The position numbers were made by a program, and so were the translations under genes. Below are positions 1-11,565 of a stretch of 64,000 bases of DNA, in pieces. Each line of letters starts with the position of its first letter. Position 1 is the stretch's first letter. Below the pieces are notes generated by a model. The model saw only the letters and a program-made list of their open reading frames with translations, was not told the origin of the DNA and searched no databases. This DNA is from Nitrospinales bacterium (lineage in GTDB: Bacteria > Nitrospinota > Nitrospinia > Nitrospinales > VA-1), in NCBI GenBank assembly GCA_965262115.1, contig OZ253496.1:1856001-1920000 (forward strand), written 5' to 3'.

Positions 1-617
<617 letters not shown>

Positions 618-672
618 CTACATGAAGGCAAACCTGAACCCGGTTTGACCTGTTATTAGCCAGCGGAAGCTC

Positions 673-2931
<2,259 letters not shown>

Positions 2932-3330
2932 TTAATTATGTTTAATTAATGAATAACAAAAACTATCAAATCTCGAATGACAGGGATAACAGGTAAGCGC
3001 AACATAAAATGTCTATTAGAATAAAGGTTTAAGATAAATTATTACCCCCTTCTTGTCAAGCAATTTTGGTCGGGCAATTTCCCACCAAAACACTGAAAAA
3101 GGGAGCACAAGGGAACACAAGCAAAACGGTCTAAGGAAGCGTCATATTTAATAGGACCAAAAACAACAATGCTTAAAATTTGATATAATTGTCTTATTCT
3201 TCATCCAATCCCACAAGTGGGTTTTATTGCCCGTGGCTTTGTGCCACGTTTTTAAAAATAGCACTCTATTAGGATGCCCTGTCCGCTCGCGGCGGGGTTA
3301 TTCATTGATCTCCCTGCTGATTTTCCCCCT

Positions 3331-6021
3331 ATGGAAAATTCTGAAAAACACCACCGACTGGCGATTGATTTCAGCCAGGTGCAGAATATCCCTGCCGATC
3401 CCAAGCAGAGACTGCCCTATTTTCAGACCTTTAAACAATTATTGAAGGATGAGAAGGCCAGGATCAAAAGCTGGCATCGCTCGGGAACCGGCGGACGCGA
3501 AATCATCCAGGCCCACACCAGTCTTGTCGATGAGGTCATCCGGCACGTCCTTCTTTCCATGACACAGCTTGAGGCTTATGCCTACGCCCGCGTTCTGGAA
3601 GGGTTCTCCCTCATCGCGGTGGGGGGCTATGGACGGGGAGAACTCAATCCGCTTTCAGATATCGACCTGTTGTTTCTTCTTGCCGAAAAAACCAAGCCTC
3701 TCACAAAAACATTTATTCAGGACGCACTGTCAGTTATTTGGGGGTTCGACATGGAAATCAGTCACAGCTCCCGCACCATTAAAGACTGTGTAAAACTTTC
3801 CCGGGAGGATTTGACCATCAAAACCTCCATGATCGAAACCCGGTTCCTCATTGGCAATCGAACCACTTATGACAAGTTTCACAACTCCATCTATAAAAAT
3901 GTTTTGCAAAAACATGTGAAACAGTTTTTGAACTCCAAACTGAAAAAAACATACACCCGCTACGGACAGGAGGACGGCGTGGTGTGCCACCCGGAACCGG
4001 ATATTAAAAACGGGCCGGGAGGATTGCGAGACTACCATAGCGCCCTGTGGGCCACCGCCGTGCGCTATGGATGCCATTCGCTTCGCGAAATCAAAGAGAC
4101 CCATGTGCTTTCCCGGGAAGAAATTGAGTCGCTCTACCATTCTGTCGATTTTTCATTGCGCGTCCGCAACGAACTGCATTATCTGACCGAAAGAAAAACC
4201 GATGTCCTGACCTTCGACGTTCAGAAACAACTGGCCGCGAATCTGGGTTACCGGTCTTCCACCCACGGGCAACCCGTTGAAGAGTTCATGCGCGACTATT
4301 ACCTGCACGCCACCAATATCTATAATTTTTCGCAACACCTTTTTGAACATTGCCGACAAACCAAAAGATCACTCAAAAAAGTAATCTCTTCATCAACTAA
4401 AAAGTCCGTAGGGAGTGGGTTCCATATTTCAGATTCCTTCCTGATTTATGAGGGCGATGCGAAAGAGGACTTCAAAAAAGATAAATCACTTTTATTGCTG
4501 GCGTTGGAGCTTTGCAGAAAGCAAAAGGTCGCGCCGGATTACAAGCTCCAGCGGCAAATGCGGCTGAGCAAAAGTCTCATTAACGCGCAGTTTATGAAAG
4601 GGGACGAGACTCGGGATTTCCTGTTCTCCATTCTGAAAGACAAAGGCGCTGAGAAAATCCTGCGGCTGATGCATGAAACACACATTCTGGAACAGGTCCT
4701 GCCGGAATTCGGGCTGGCACACTGCAAGGTGAACCATGATTTCTATCATCACTACACCGCCGATGAGCATTCCCTGCGCGTCATCCGCTTTCTCGATGAA
4801 CTGGCCATTACCGGCATCACCAATCCCACCGACCTGCCCGCCTTGTATCAGGATTACTTTCGGAAAGGGATTCTCAAGTTATCAGCCCTTCTGCAATCGG
4901 TAGGAGAAATGCGCGAGGGTGAACAGGGCGAATTTTTAAAATCCATGACAGAAAGACTGAACCTGGAAGAGGCGGATGTGCAAATCCTGCTTTTTCTTCT
5001 CGCTAATCCTTACACCCTGATCGAAACGGCCTTGCATCAGGATATCCACCAGCCTGCGGTGATCCGGAAATTCGCCGAAACCGTGGTGAACCCGGAGAAG
5101 CTGAAGGGACTCTATCTCCTCAGTTATGCCGAGTTGCGGGCGGTGGCACCGGGAACTCTGACCGCCTGGAAAAAAATATTGCTCTCGGAGTTATATGAAA
5201 GGACCCTGAAGTATCTGGAAGACCCAGGTTCTCTGGAACAACAGCCCCGGGCCACCCGAGTGGGGGTATTCAAAGCCTTGCATCGGGAACTGCCCGCGAA
5301 CGATATCGAAAAGCACCTTCGCCAGATGCCGGAAGATTATTTGATGACAGTATCCTCTGAAGAGGTGGCACTTCATATCCGTCTCATCCGTTCTTTTAAG
5401 GATAAACTGTTTGTTCTGCATCACCAGTTCCATGAAGAAGGCAACTACCATAACCTGACCCTGTGTTGCCCTATCGGCATTGAATCGTTTAAAAAACTGG
5501 TGGGAACCGTCACTGCCAAAAGCCTGAATATTCTCGGTGCACAAATTTATCTCAAACAGGATGGCATCGTGATTGTCACTATACAGGTCGAAGCAGGTGC
5601 CAACGCCACAGCCGATGACCTCGAAATCTGGAAAGATATTAAAAATACCCTGGGCCAATTGTTTGCCGGGGAAACCAGTTTACAGAAAATGCTGAAATCC
5701 CGAACCCGTTACGTCGGCGAGCAGAAAAAGGTGGCGATGGCCCCGAGAGTGCATGTTGAAAAAACGGTGGACAATCCGTTCACAGTAATCCGGGTTGAAG
5801 CCCGGGACCATATCGGCATGCTCTACAAAGTTGCCACCGTCTTTGCCAATTTTGGCATTCGCATTCACCGGGCCAAAATTTCCACCCAGGGCGACCGGGC
5901 CATCGATGTTTTTTACGTGTCTCTGAAAAGTCCGAATTTCGACCTCAATAAAGTGATCCTCCGGTTCAAGGAACATATGATCCAGACCTTGATGATCGAA
6001 AAACTGGAAGACGTCCGCTAG
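3331..6021 (+). CDS. glnD: [protein-PII] uridylyltransferase GlnD (HD motif degenerate)
   Basis: NTase motif AVGGYGRGELNPLSDIDL, EPDIKNGPGGLRD, HHYTADEH and two C-terminal ACT domains (RDHIGML). Start is 3331 or 3274. Confidence 0.92.
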   Translation: MENSEKHHRLAIDFSQVQNIPADPKQRLPYFQTFKQLLKDEKARIKSWHRSGTGGREIIQAHTSLVDEVIRHVLLSMTQLEAYAYARVLEGFSLIAVGGYGRGELNPLSDIDLLFLLAEKTKPLTKTFIQDALSVIWGFDMEISHSSRTIKDCVKLSREDLTIKTSMIETRFLIGNRTTYDKFHNSIYKNVLQKHVKQFLNSKLKKTYTRYGQEDGVVCHPEPDIKNGPGGLRDYHSALWATAVRYGCHSLREIKETHVLSREEIESLYHSVDFSLRVRNELHYLTERKTDVLTFDVQKQLAANLGYRSSTHGQPVEEFMRDYYLHATNIYNFSQHLFEHCRQTKRSLKKVISSSTKKSVGSGFHISDSFLIYEGDAKEDFKKDKSLLLLALELCRKQKVAPDYKLQRQMRLSKSLINAQFMKGDETRDFLFSILKDKGAEKILRLMHETHILEQVLPEFGLAHCKVNHDFYHHYTADEHSLRVIRFLDELAITGITNPTDLPALYQDYFRKGILKLSALLQSVGEMREGEQGEFLKSMTERLNLEEADVQILLFLLANPYTLIETALHQDIHQPAVIRKFAETVVNPEKLKGLYLLSYAELRAVAPGTLTAWKKILLSELYERTLKYLEDPGSLEQQPRATRVGVFKALHRELPANDIEKHLRQMPEDYLMTVSSEEVALHIRLIRSFKDKLFVLHHQFHEEGNYHNLTLCCPIGIESFKKLVGTVTAKSLNILGAQIYLKQDGIVIVTIQVEAGANATADDLEIWKDIKNTLGQLFAGETSLQKMLKSRTRYVGEQKKVAMAPRVHVEKTVDNPFTVIRVEARDHIGMLYKVATVFANFGIRIHRAKISTQGDRAIDVFYVSLKSPNFDLNKVILRFKEHMIQTLMIEKLEDVR

Positions 6022-6196
6022 GCGCGAGGCCAATTTATTCCCCCACATTAGTTGGCTGGGAGACTCCGCGCCATCATCGCGAACCGCAAAGCGGTGTGGC
6101 GATCCAGGTTCTGGATGTGGGAGCGGGACATACTTTAATGATCTTCCCCCTGACAAGGAGACCTTTGCATACGTCGAAAAAACGTAAAGTCGAGAT

Positions 6197-6235
6197 TACC
6201 CGTTCCGGGCACGAAAGCTTAAGTGAAACATCACG
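6197..6235 (-). repeat. ~40-bp micro-element copy
   Basis: Reverse complement is cgtgatgtttcacttaagctttcgtgcccggaacgggta. Removal restores gagat|tcttcactgcgttcagaatgac. Confidence 0.85.
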
Positions 6236-6303
6236 TCTTCACTGCGTTCAGAATGACAAGAAACGCCAGCTTGTCATCCTTGAGAAGCCAAAGGCGACGA
6301 AGA

Positions 6304-6423
6304 CGTGATATTTTTCCTTAACCTTCGTGAGCCTGTGATATTCCCTCCGCTAAATTCATGCCCGGAACGGGTAGAAGGGGTATGTGATGTCCTCTTCCTT
6401 AACCTTCATGCCCCGAAGGGGTA
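6304..6423 (+). repeat. three ~40-bp micro-element copies: outer 6304-6382, nested 6334-6373, tandem 6383-6423
   Basis: Each begins YGTGAT and ends GGGTA. Removing all three restores gcgacgaaga|atcc. Confidence 0.85.
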
Positions 6424-6430
6424 ATCCGGT

Positions 6431-6652
6431 TGATCTTCCCCTGAATTGGTGGACACATCGAAAAGTGTGGATAATACACTTTTGGAGGTGTTTTTATGGG
6501 AACCAAACGCAGGAGTTTCAGTAAAGAATTCAAGTTAGAAGCGGTTCGATTGGTTATTGAAGTAGGCGATAGCATTGCCCGGGTGTCCCGGGATCTGGGA
6601 ATCCGTTCTGCCCTTCTGGGTCGCTGGAAACAGGAGTATGAGGAGGATCAGG
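6431..6652 (+). mobile_element. truncated IS3-family left end with 5' part of orfA
   Basis: 222 bp identical to 38891-39112 (IRL tgatcttcccctgaattggtggaca; MGTKRRSFSKEFKLEAV). Confidence 0.92.
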
Positions 6653-6694
6653 TGTTATGTAAAGGTCTCCTTGTCAGGGGGATTGAGGGGGTAC

Positions 6695-7096
6695 GTGAAC
6701 CAACACTTAAAGAGAGGGAAAGGCCTGACTTTCCTATTACTAGCCTTCATCAGTTGGACGCCCCATGCGTCGGCAGAGCCTGTCGACTCAGAAACCGGGC
6801 GGGACATTTTCTACAAACATTGCAAAGCCTGCCACGGAAATAAAGGCGACGGCAAAACTTTTGCGGCCAATGTGCTGAATCCACCGCCAAAAAATTTCAC
6901 CGATGAAGAATCAAAAAAGGAACTGATGGAAAAACGGATGATTGAATCCGTCACAAAAGGAAGGAAAGACACCGCCATGATGCCGTGGGAATCGAACCTC
7001 ACTCGGGAAGAAATCCGCGCCGTCGTGCATTACATCCGCCAAAAACTGATGAAACTGGAACCACCGATGGACACAGATGACAACAGATCAAGCTAA
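6695..7096 (+). CDS. monoheme class I cytochrome c
   Basis: Signal-like N-terminus ending ASA, CKACH heme motif, distal TAMMPW. Likely GTG start at 6695 rather than 6575. Confidence 0.85.
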   Translation: MNQHLKRGKGLTFLLLAFISWTPHASAEPVDSETGRDIFYKHCKACHGNKGDGKTFAANVLNPPPKNFTDEESKKELMEKRMIESVTKGRKDTAMMPWESNLTREEIRAVVHYIRQKLMKLEPPMDTDDNRSS

Positions 7097-7688
7097 GTTA
7101 AAAAGCTTCGTAGAGAGATGTTGCTGGGCGTATATCACGCACCAACATTACAAAGAGCTTTTTGAAGGGAGGAAAAGCGATTTAAGACTCTTCGAAAAAG
7201 TTTCACACCAATTCTTTGTAGACCTTAACCGCATATTGATTAAATACTTTTACATTCAAATATACAGCCTAACTGACCGTGATAAGTCTTACGGGAAAGA
7301 AAATCTAACTATTAACAACTTATTGAAAACCGTTGATTGGCCCAGTGACATTAAATCCGAACTTGAAAATAAAGTGAATCGATTGATGGACTTTGGAGAA
7401 AAAATCGCAATCGCAAGGAACAAACTCATAGCCCACGTTGACCTGAAGGCACATTTAGATGAAAAAGTCTTAGGAGGCTTCGAGGAAGGAGAAGATGAAG
7501 AATTTTTCCTTATTCTGGAAGAAACCGTAAATGTTATGCATGAGCACTTGATGGGCGGTCCATACTCCATCCGCGTCAGCAATGCATTTGAGCCGGTGGA
7601 GAAGTTTCTGAGAAAACTAAGAACACTTGAAGAATAAAAAGCCTGTCACCACAGTCATAAATCTGTGTTTATTGGTGTCCATCTGTGG
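7061..7688. repeat. imperfect 28-bp inverted repeats (7061-7088 and 7661-7688) bracketing a HEPN-like gene
   Basis: ccaccgatggacacagatgacaacagat versus reverse complement ccacagatggacaccaataaacacagat, 22/28 identical. Confidence 0.7.
7077..7637 (+). CDS. HEPN-like (AbiU2-type) putative RNase
   Basis: 186 aa, predicted helical, RNKLIAH (Rx5H) motif, AT-rich relative to neighbours. Confidence 0.65.
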   Translation: MTTDQAKLKSFVERCCWAYITHQHYKELFEGRKSDLRLFEKVSHQFFVDLNRILIKYFYIQIYSLTDRDKSYGKENLTINNLLKTVDWPSDIKSELENKVNRLMDFGEKIAIARNKLIAHVDLKAHLDEKVLGGFEEGEDEEFFLILEETVNVMHEHLMGGPYSIRVSNAFEPVEKFLRKLRTLEE

Positions 7689-7735
7689 CTAAAAAGGTTT
7701 TCTTGATAAGACACGGTTGCAAATTACAAGCAGGA

Positions 7736-8041
7736 TTAAACCATGTTCTGCGGTAGCGGGCGGATATTTTTCTCCATCGTGGGCCAATCATCTCGCCTGG
7801 CAAGCTTGAGGTCGTAGCGAGACTGCAAATTCATCCAGAATTCGGCAGTCGTTTTAAAGTATTTTCCCAGTCGCAAAGCACTATTGGCCGTGATACCGCG
7901 TCGGGCATGAACAATATCGTTGATACGTGCTACAGGGACATCAATATCCCTCGCAAGTTTGTTTTGGCTGATCCCAAAGGGCAACATAAACTCTTCCAGT
8001 AGAATTTCTCCCGGCGTGACCGGCGCCAGTTTTTTTCTCAT
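7736..8041 (-). CDS. higA: HigA family antitoxin (XRE HTH)
   Basis: PGEILLEEF...SQNKLAR...R.IT...ALRL...FWMNLQ..YD. Confidence 0.92.
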   Translation of the reverse strand: MRKKLAPVTPGEILLEEFMLPFGISQNKLARDIDVPVARINDIVHARRGITANSALRLGKYFKTTAEFWMNLQSRYDLKLARRDDWPTMEKNIRPLPQNMV

Positions 8042-8057
8042 AATCTACTCGCTCTAT

Positions 8058-8336
8058 TTAATGATAATCGACGATTTCCACATCATGGGGATGACCATCT
8101 TTCCACTTAAAACAAACCCTCCATCGTTCGTTGATGCGGATACTGTATTGGCCCTTACGGTTTCCCTTTAAAGCTTCTAATCTGTTGCCCGGTGGTTGCC
8201 GCAAATCATTAATCTCTTTGGCGGCTTCGAGCATTTCCAGTTTTCTCCTGGCAACCCTTTCGATATTTCGAAAAAGTGGAACCAATTCATCTCGAAACAG
8301 GTTTTCCGTGTCTTTGCAGCGGAAACTTTTAATCAT
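8058..8336 (-). CDS. higB: HigB (RelE-fold) toxin
   Basis: MIKSF...PPGNRLEALKG.RKGQYSIRIN.RWR.CF...VEIVDYH; toxin gene precedes antitoxin gene. Confidence 0.92.
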   Translation of the reverse strand: MIKSFRCKDTENLFRDELVPLFRNIERVARRKLEMLEAAKEINDLRQPPGNRLEALKGNRKGQYSIRINERWRVCFKWKDGHPHDVEIVDYH

Positions 8337-8341
8337 TCTTT

Positions 8342-8370
8342 ATAGTATTCCTAAAAAAGAAACGTGTCAA
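8342..8370 (-). promoter_or_regulatory. sigma70 promoter of higBA
   Basis: TTGACA-17 nt-TACTAT on the minus strand, with 5 nt between the -10 box and the higB ATG. Confidence 0.65.
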
Positions 8371-8405
8371 CAGGAATTCGATAACAGAAATATAGGTTTC
8401 TTCTC

Positions 8406-8714
8406 CTACTTCTTCACCTCTTTACCCAGTTTCTGTTCGATGGAAGCGATTTTGGATTCCAGCCTGCCCGATTTGCCCACCCTATAATCGATCTTGATAC
8501 CGCAGGTGATGCGTTTGCAATCCTTCCTCATGGTCTCGTAACATTGTTTGACCACCCCCATAACTTCATCGAACTCGCCTTCCAGCACCGTTCCCATCGG
8601 ATTCAACCGATACGGCACACCGCTATCGTCAATAATTTTAAGGGAACGGCTGACCTGTTCGCTGACGCTCTCCCCTTTATCCATAGGGCTCATGCTGAAC
8701 TCAAGCAGTACCAT
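8406..8714 (-). CDS. MTH1187/YkoF-like thiamine-binding protein
   Basis: FSMSP..KGESVS...SGVPYRLNPMGTVLEG...KIDYR. Start at 8714, 8720 or 8735. Confidence 0.85.
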   Translation of the reverse strand: MVLLEFSMSPMDKGESVSEQVSRSLKIIDDSGVPYRLNPMGTVLEGEFDEVMGVVKQCYETMRKDCKRITCGIKIDYRVGKSGRLESKIASIEQKLGKEVKK

Positions 8715-8732
8715 ATTCATGTCCTCAAAATT

Positions 8733-8836
8733 CACTAGGCGGAGTACCTCCGCTGGTAATTTGCAATTTCTTTATTTCGTGGGCAAACGTTTTCTCGGCC
8801 CAACGAGTCATTGCGAGTTGGCCCCACGCCGAGTGG
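8733..8836. repeat. CCRCTAGGCG-terminated ~100-bp repeat family copy
   Basis: ctaggcggagtacctccgctgg...ttggccccacgccgagtgg. Similar copies near 24168-24272, 35015-35115 and 60385-60605; partial ends at 6015, 17386, 19560, 47769 and 53599. Confidence 0.8.
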
Positions 8837-8932
8837 GAATTTATTACTTGCATTTTAGGGCTGAAATATGAAATGATCAACCATCCCATTCAAGCAATTG
8901 CGGGAAATCCAAGTAAAGGCGGTATTTGTTTT

Positions 8933-10012
8933 TTGTCCCAGTTAGATGATCTGCGCCAGCAGATTGACAAAATTGACGACCAGCTGGTAAAGCTGATCAG
9001 TCGCCGTGGCCAATTGGCCCAGAAAATCGGCGATGAGAAATCCCGTAAGGGGAAGACGAACCACTTTCACGTTCCCCAACGCGAAGGGGCGATCCTCGAA
9101 CGGTTGAGGGAGCTGAACAAAGGCCCTTTCCCAAACTCTTCCATCGAATCCATTTTTCGCGAACTGTTCTCCGCCACGCTCGCTCTAGAAAAGCCTTTGA
9201 AGATTGCTTTTCTCGGGCCGGAAACCACCTTCAGCCATCAGGCAGCAGTCCGGCATTTTGGCCATTCCTGCACCTTCAATCCTTGCGGAAATATTGAAAC
9301 TGTTTTTTCGGAAATCGAGATGGGCAACTCCGATTACGGTGTCGTGCCGGTAGAAAATTCCATTGAAGGGGTTATCAACCTGACCCTCGACTGCTTTGTC
9401 GATTCTCCTCTTAATATTTGCAGTGAGACCCGGCTACCCATCGGGCTTTTTCTTTTGTCTACGGTCACTGACCGGAAAAAGATCAAGAAAATCTATTCAC
9501 ATCCACAACCTTTTGCGCAGTGCAGAAACTGGCTGAACAGTAACTTGCCGGGTGTTGAGCAGGTTCCTGCTTCCAGCACGGCCCAGGCGGCAGAACTGGC
9601 CGAACAAAATAAAAACACGGCCGCCATCGCTGGGGAACTGGCCGCCGAGGTCTATGGCCTAAAAACGGTTGCGAAAAATATTCAGGATTGGGCCGAAAAT
9701 CACACCCGGTTTCTGGTCATATCCAAAGACAAGGCTAAAAGAGCCAAGAAAAACAAAACATCGCTCATGTTTTCCATCGCCGACGAATCCGGGTCGTTGC
9801 TCAAAGTCCTGCAGTTGTTTGCCAAAAACAAAATCAGTCTATCGAAAATACAATCGCGGCCCCTGCGCAACCGGCCCTGGGAATACTTGTTCTATGTTGA
9901 TTTTCTTGGCCACATTGAAGACAAGACAGTCGAACGTGTCTTGAAAACATTGGGCAAGCAAACTCTATTTTTGCAAGTGCTGGGTTCTTATCCCGAACAG
10001 GGGCAACCATGA
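8933..10012 (+). CDS. pheA: chorismate mutase / prephenate dehydratase
   Basis: LDDLRQQIDKID chorismate mutase domain; FLGPETTFS, VPVENSIEG, SHPQ, NHTRF, QSRP motifs. Likely TTG start at 8933. Confidence 0.95.
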   Translation: MSQLDDLRQQIDKIDDQLVKLISRRGQLAQKIGDEKSRKGKTNHFHVPQREGAILERLRELNKGPFPNSSIESIFRELFSATLALEKPLKIAFLGPETTFSHQAAVRHFGHSCTFNPCGNIETVFSEIEMGNSDYGVVPVENSIEGVINLTLDCFVDSPLNICSETRLPIGLFLLSTVTDRKKIKKIYSHPQPFAQCRNWLNSNLPGVEQVPASSTAQAAELAEQNKNTAAIAGELAAEVYGLKTVAKNIQDWAENHTRFLVISKDKAKRAKKNKTSLMFSIADESGSLLKVLQLFAKNKISLSKIQSRPLRNRPWEYLFYVDFLGHIEDKTVERVLKTLGKQTLFLQVLGSYPEQGQP

Positions 10013-10872
10013 AACTGTTTGGGAAAATGACCGTTATTGGAGTAGGCCTGTTGGGGGCCTCGTTGGCCAAGGCCTGCAAAGAGCGCGGCCTGGTGGAAGA
10101 GATTTCGGGATATGGCAGGAACCGTGAGAACCTGGAAAAATCTAAGGATTTAAAGATCATCGATCACTGCCCCGCTGATTTGGGTGCGGCGGTCAGCGGT
10201 GCCGACCTGATCGTGTTGTGCACACCGGTTTCGACCCTTGTTCCCTTGATGCAAAACCTGGCCTCCGAGGTTCGGCCTGGCACGCTGATCACTGATGTCG
10301 GCTCGGTGAAAGAGCCCATCGTCAAGGGCATAAACAAACTGGTTCCCAAAGGCGTTTTTTTTGTCGGGTCGCACCCGATCGCCGGAGGGGAAAACTCCGG
10401 ACTGGAAGCTTCCACAGCAGATTTATATCAAGACGCAAAATGCATCGTGACCCCAACAGACGCCACCGATAAAAAAGCTGTGGAAAAAATCAGCGCACTT
10501 TGGCAAGCGGTCGGCATGGAGGTCGTCAGCTTGTCAGCAGAAGAACATGATTTTATTTTTGGCGCGGTGAGCCATTTGCCTCACATCGTGGCTTACGCCC
10601 TGATGAACACTCTTGGCGCCTTGAGAACCCCCAATGGTTGTGAAGTCACCGCCTATTCAGGGGATGGACTAAGAGACATCACCCGAATTGCTTCCAGCGA
10701 CCCGGTTATGTGGCGGGATATCTGTCTTTCCAATCGCAACCATTCGCTGGATCTGATCGACCGGTTCCAGAACAAGCTGGAAGAAATTCGCAGTACCATC
10801 GAAAGAGGCGACGGGCAGGAATTAAAAAAAGAATTTATAGCCGCGAACAAATACCGGCTGAACGTGATTTGA
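10009..10872 (+). CDS. tyrA: prephenate/arogenate dehydrogenase
   Basis: GVGLLG, TDVGSVK, GSHPIAG, HD...SHLPH, RDITRIA. Confidence 0.93.
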   Translation: MKLFGKMTVIGVGLLGASLAKACKERGLVEEISGYGRNRENLEKSKDLKIIDHCPADLGAAVSGADLIVLCTPVSTLVPLMQNLASEVRPGTLITDVGSVKEPIVKGINKLVPKGVFFVGSHPIAGGENSGLEASTADLYQDAKCIVTPTDATDKKAVEKISALWQAVGMEVVSLSAEEHDFIFGAVSHLPHIVAYALMNTLGALRTPNGCEVTAYSGDGLRDITRIASSDPVMWRDICLSNRNHSLDLIDRFQNKLEEIRSTIERGDGQELKKEFIAANKYRLNVI

Positions 10873-10876
10873 TCGA

Positions 10877-11533
10877 ATGATTATCGCAATAGACGGGCCC
10901 GCAGGCAGTGGCAAAAGCACGGTCGCCAAGCTGGTCGCCAAACGGCTGAACTACCGGTACATCGACACCGGCGCCATGTATCGAGCCGTGGCCTGGACCG
11001 CCCAGAAAAAGGGTCTGGACCTTACCGACGAATCAGTTATGGCCAAGATCGCCTTGAGCCTGAATATCGAATTTGTTCCTGACGCTGAAGGGCAATCGGT
11101 ATTGGTGGAAGGTGAAAATGCCACCGCCCTTTTGAATAATGAAACGGTGGGAAGGGGAGCCGCAACAGTTGCGGCGCAAAAGTTTGTTCGCGAGGTCCTG
11201 GTGGCTCGGCAGCGTCAGATCGGCGCGACCGGCAATGTTGTCATGGATGGACGCGATATTGGGACGGTTGTATTTCCCCAGGCCGACAAAAAAATTTTTT
11301 TCGTTGCCAACGCGGAAGAACGCGGACGACGGAGGTATGAGGAACTGAAATCTAAAAACCCGGGCTTGGATTTGAAAACCATTGTCGAAGAAATTCGGCA
11401 ACGCGACCATGAAGACCGCAACCGACAAATTTCTCCACTGGTCAAAGCAGACGATGCCCTGGAAGTTGATACCACTCGATTAAGTATTGAAGAAGTCACT
11501 GATCACGTTTTTAAAAATATAAATAACCTTTAA
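10877..11533 (+). CDS. cmk: cytidylate kinase
   Basis: IAIDGPAGSGKST, DTGAMYR, DGRDIGTVVFP. Confidence 0.97.
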   Translation: MIIAIDGPAGSGKSTVAKLVAKRLNYRYIDTGAMYRAVAWTAQKKGLDLTDESVMAKIALSLNIEFVPDAEGQSVLVEGENATALLNNETVGRGAATVAAQKFVREVLVARQRQIGATGNVVMDGRDIGTVVFPQADKKIFFVANAEERGRRRYEELKSKNPGLDLKTIVEEIRQRDHEDRNRQISPLVKADDALEVDTTRLSIEEVTDHVFKNINNL

Positions 11534-11565
11534 ACATCACAAGAGAAAGTGAGAATCAAGAGGTC

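Larger units (their letters stand above)
6158..6669. mobile_element. MITE-like element with GAGACCTTTGCATA terminal inverted repeats, carrying nested insertions
   Basis: gagacctttgcata at 6158 and tatgtaaaggtctc ending at 6669. The same termini occur at 18754-18882. Contains REP-like hairpins, four ~40-bp micro-elements and an IS3 left end. Confidence 0.7.

Noticed and set aside
6304..6423. CRISPR array suggested by recurring TGTGAT...GGGTA units
   Set aside because: The units abut or nest with no unique spacers, differ internally and are dispersed elsewhere; no cas genes are in the window.
6496..6843. 115-aa ORF as a functional transposase
   Set aside because: Only the first ~52 codons are IS3 orfA; the rest is read-through into MITE and cytochrome DNA.
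10860..10880. Absence of aroA between tyrA and cmk
   Set aside because: Ordinary operon variation; there is no scar and the gene may lie elsewhere.
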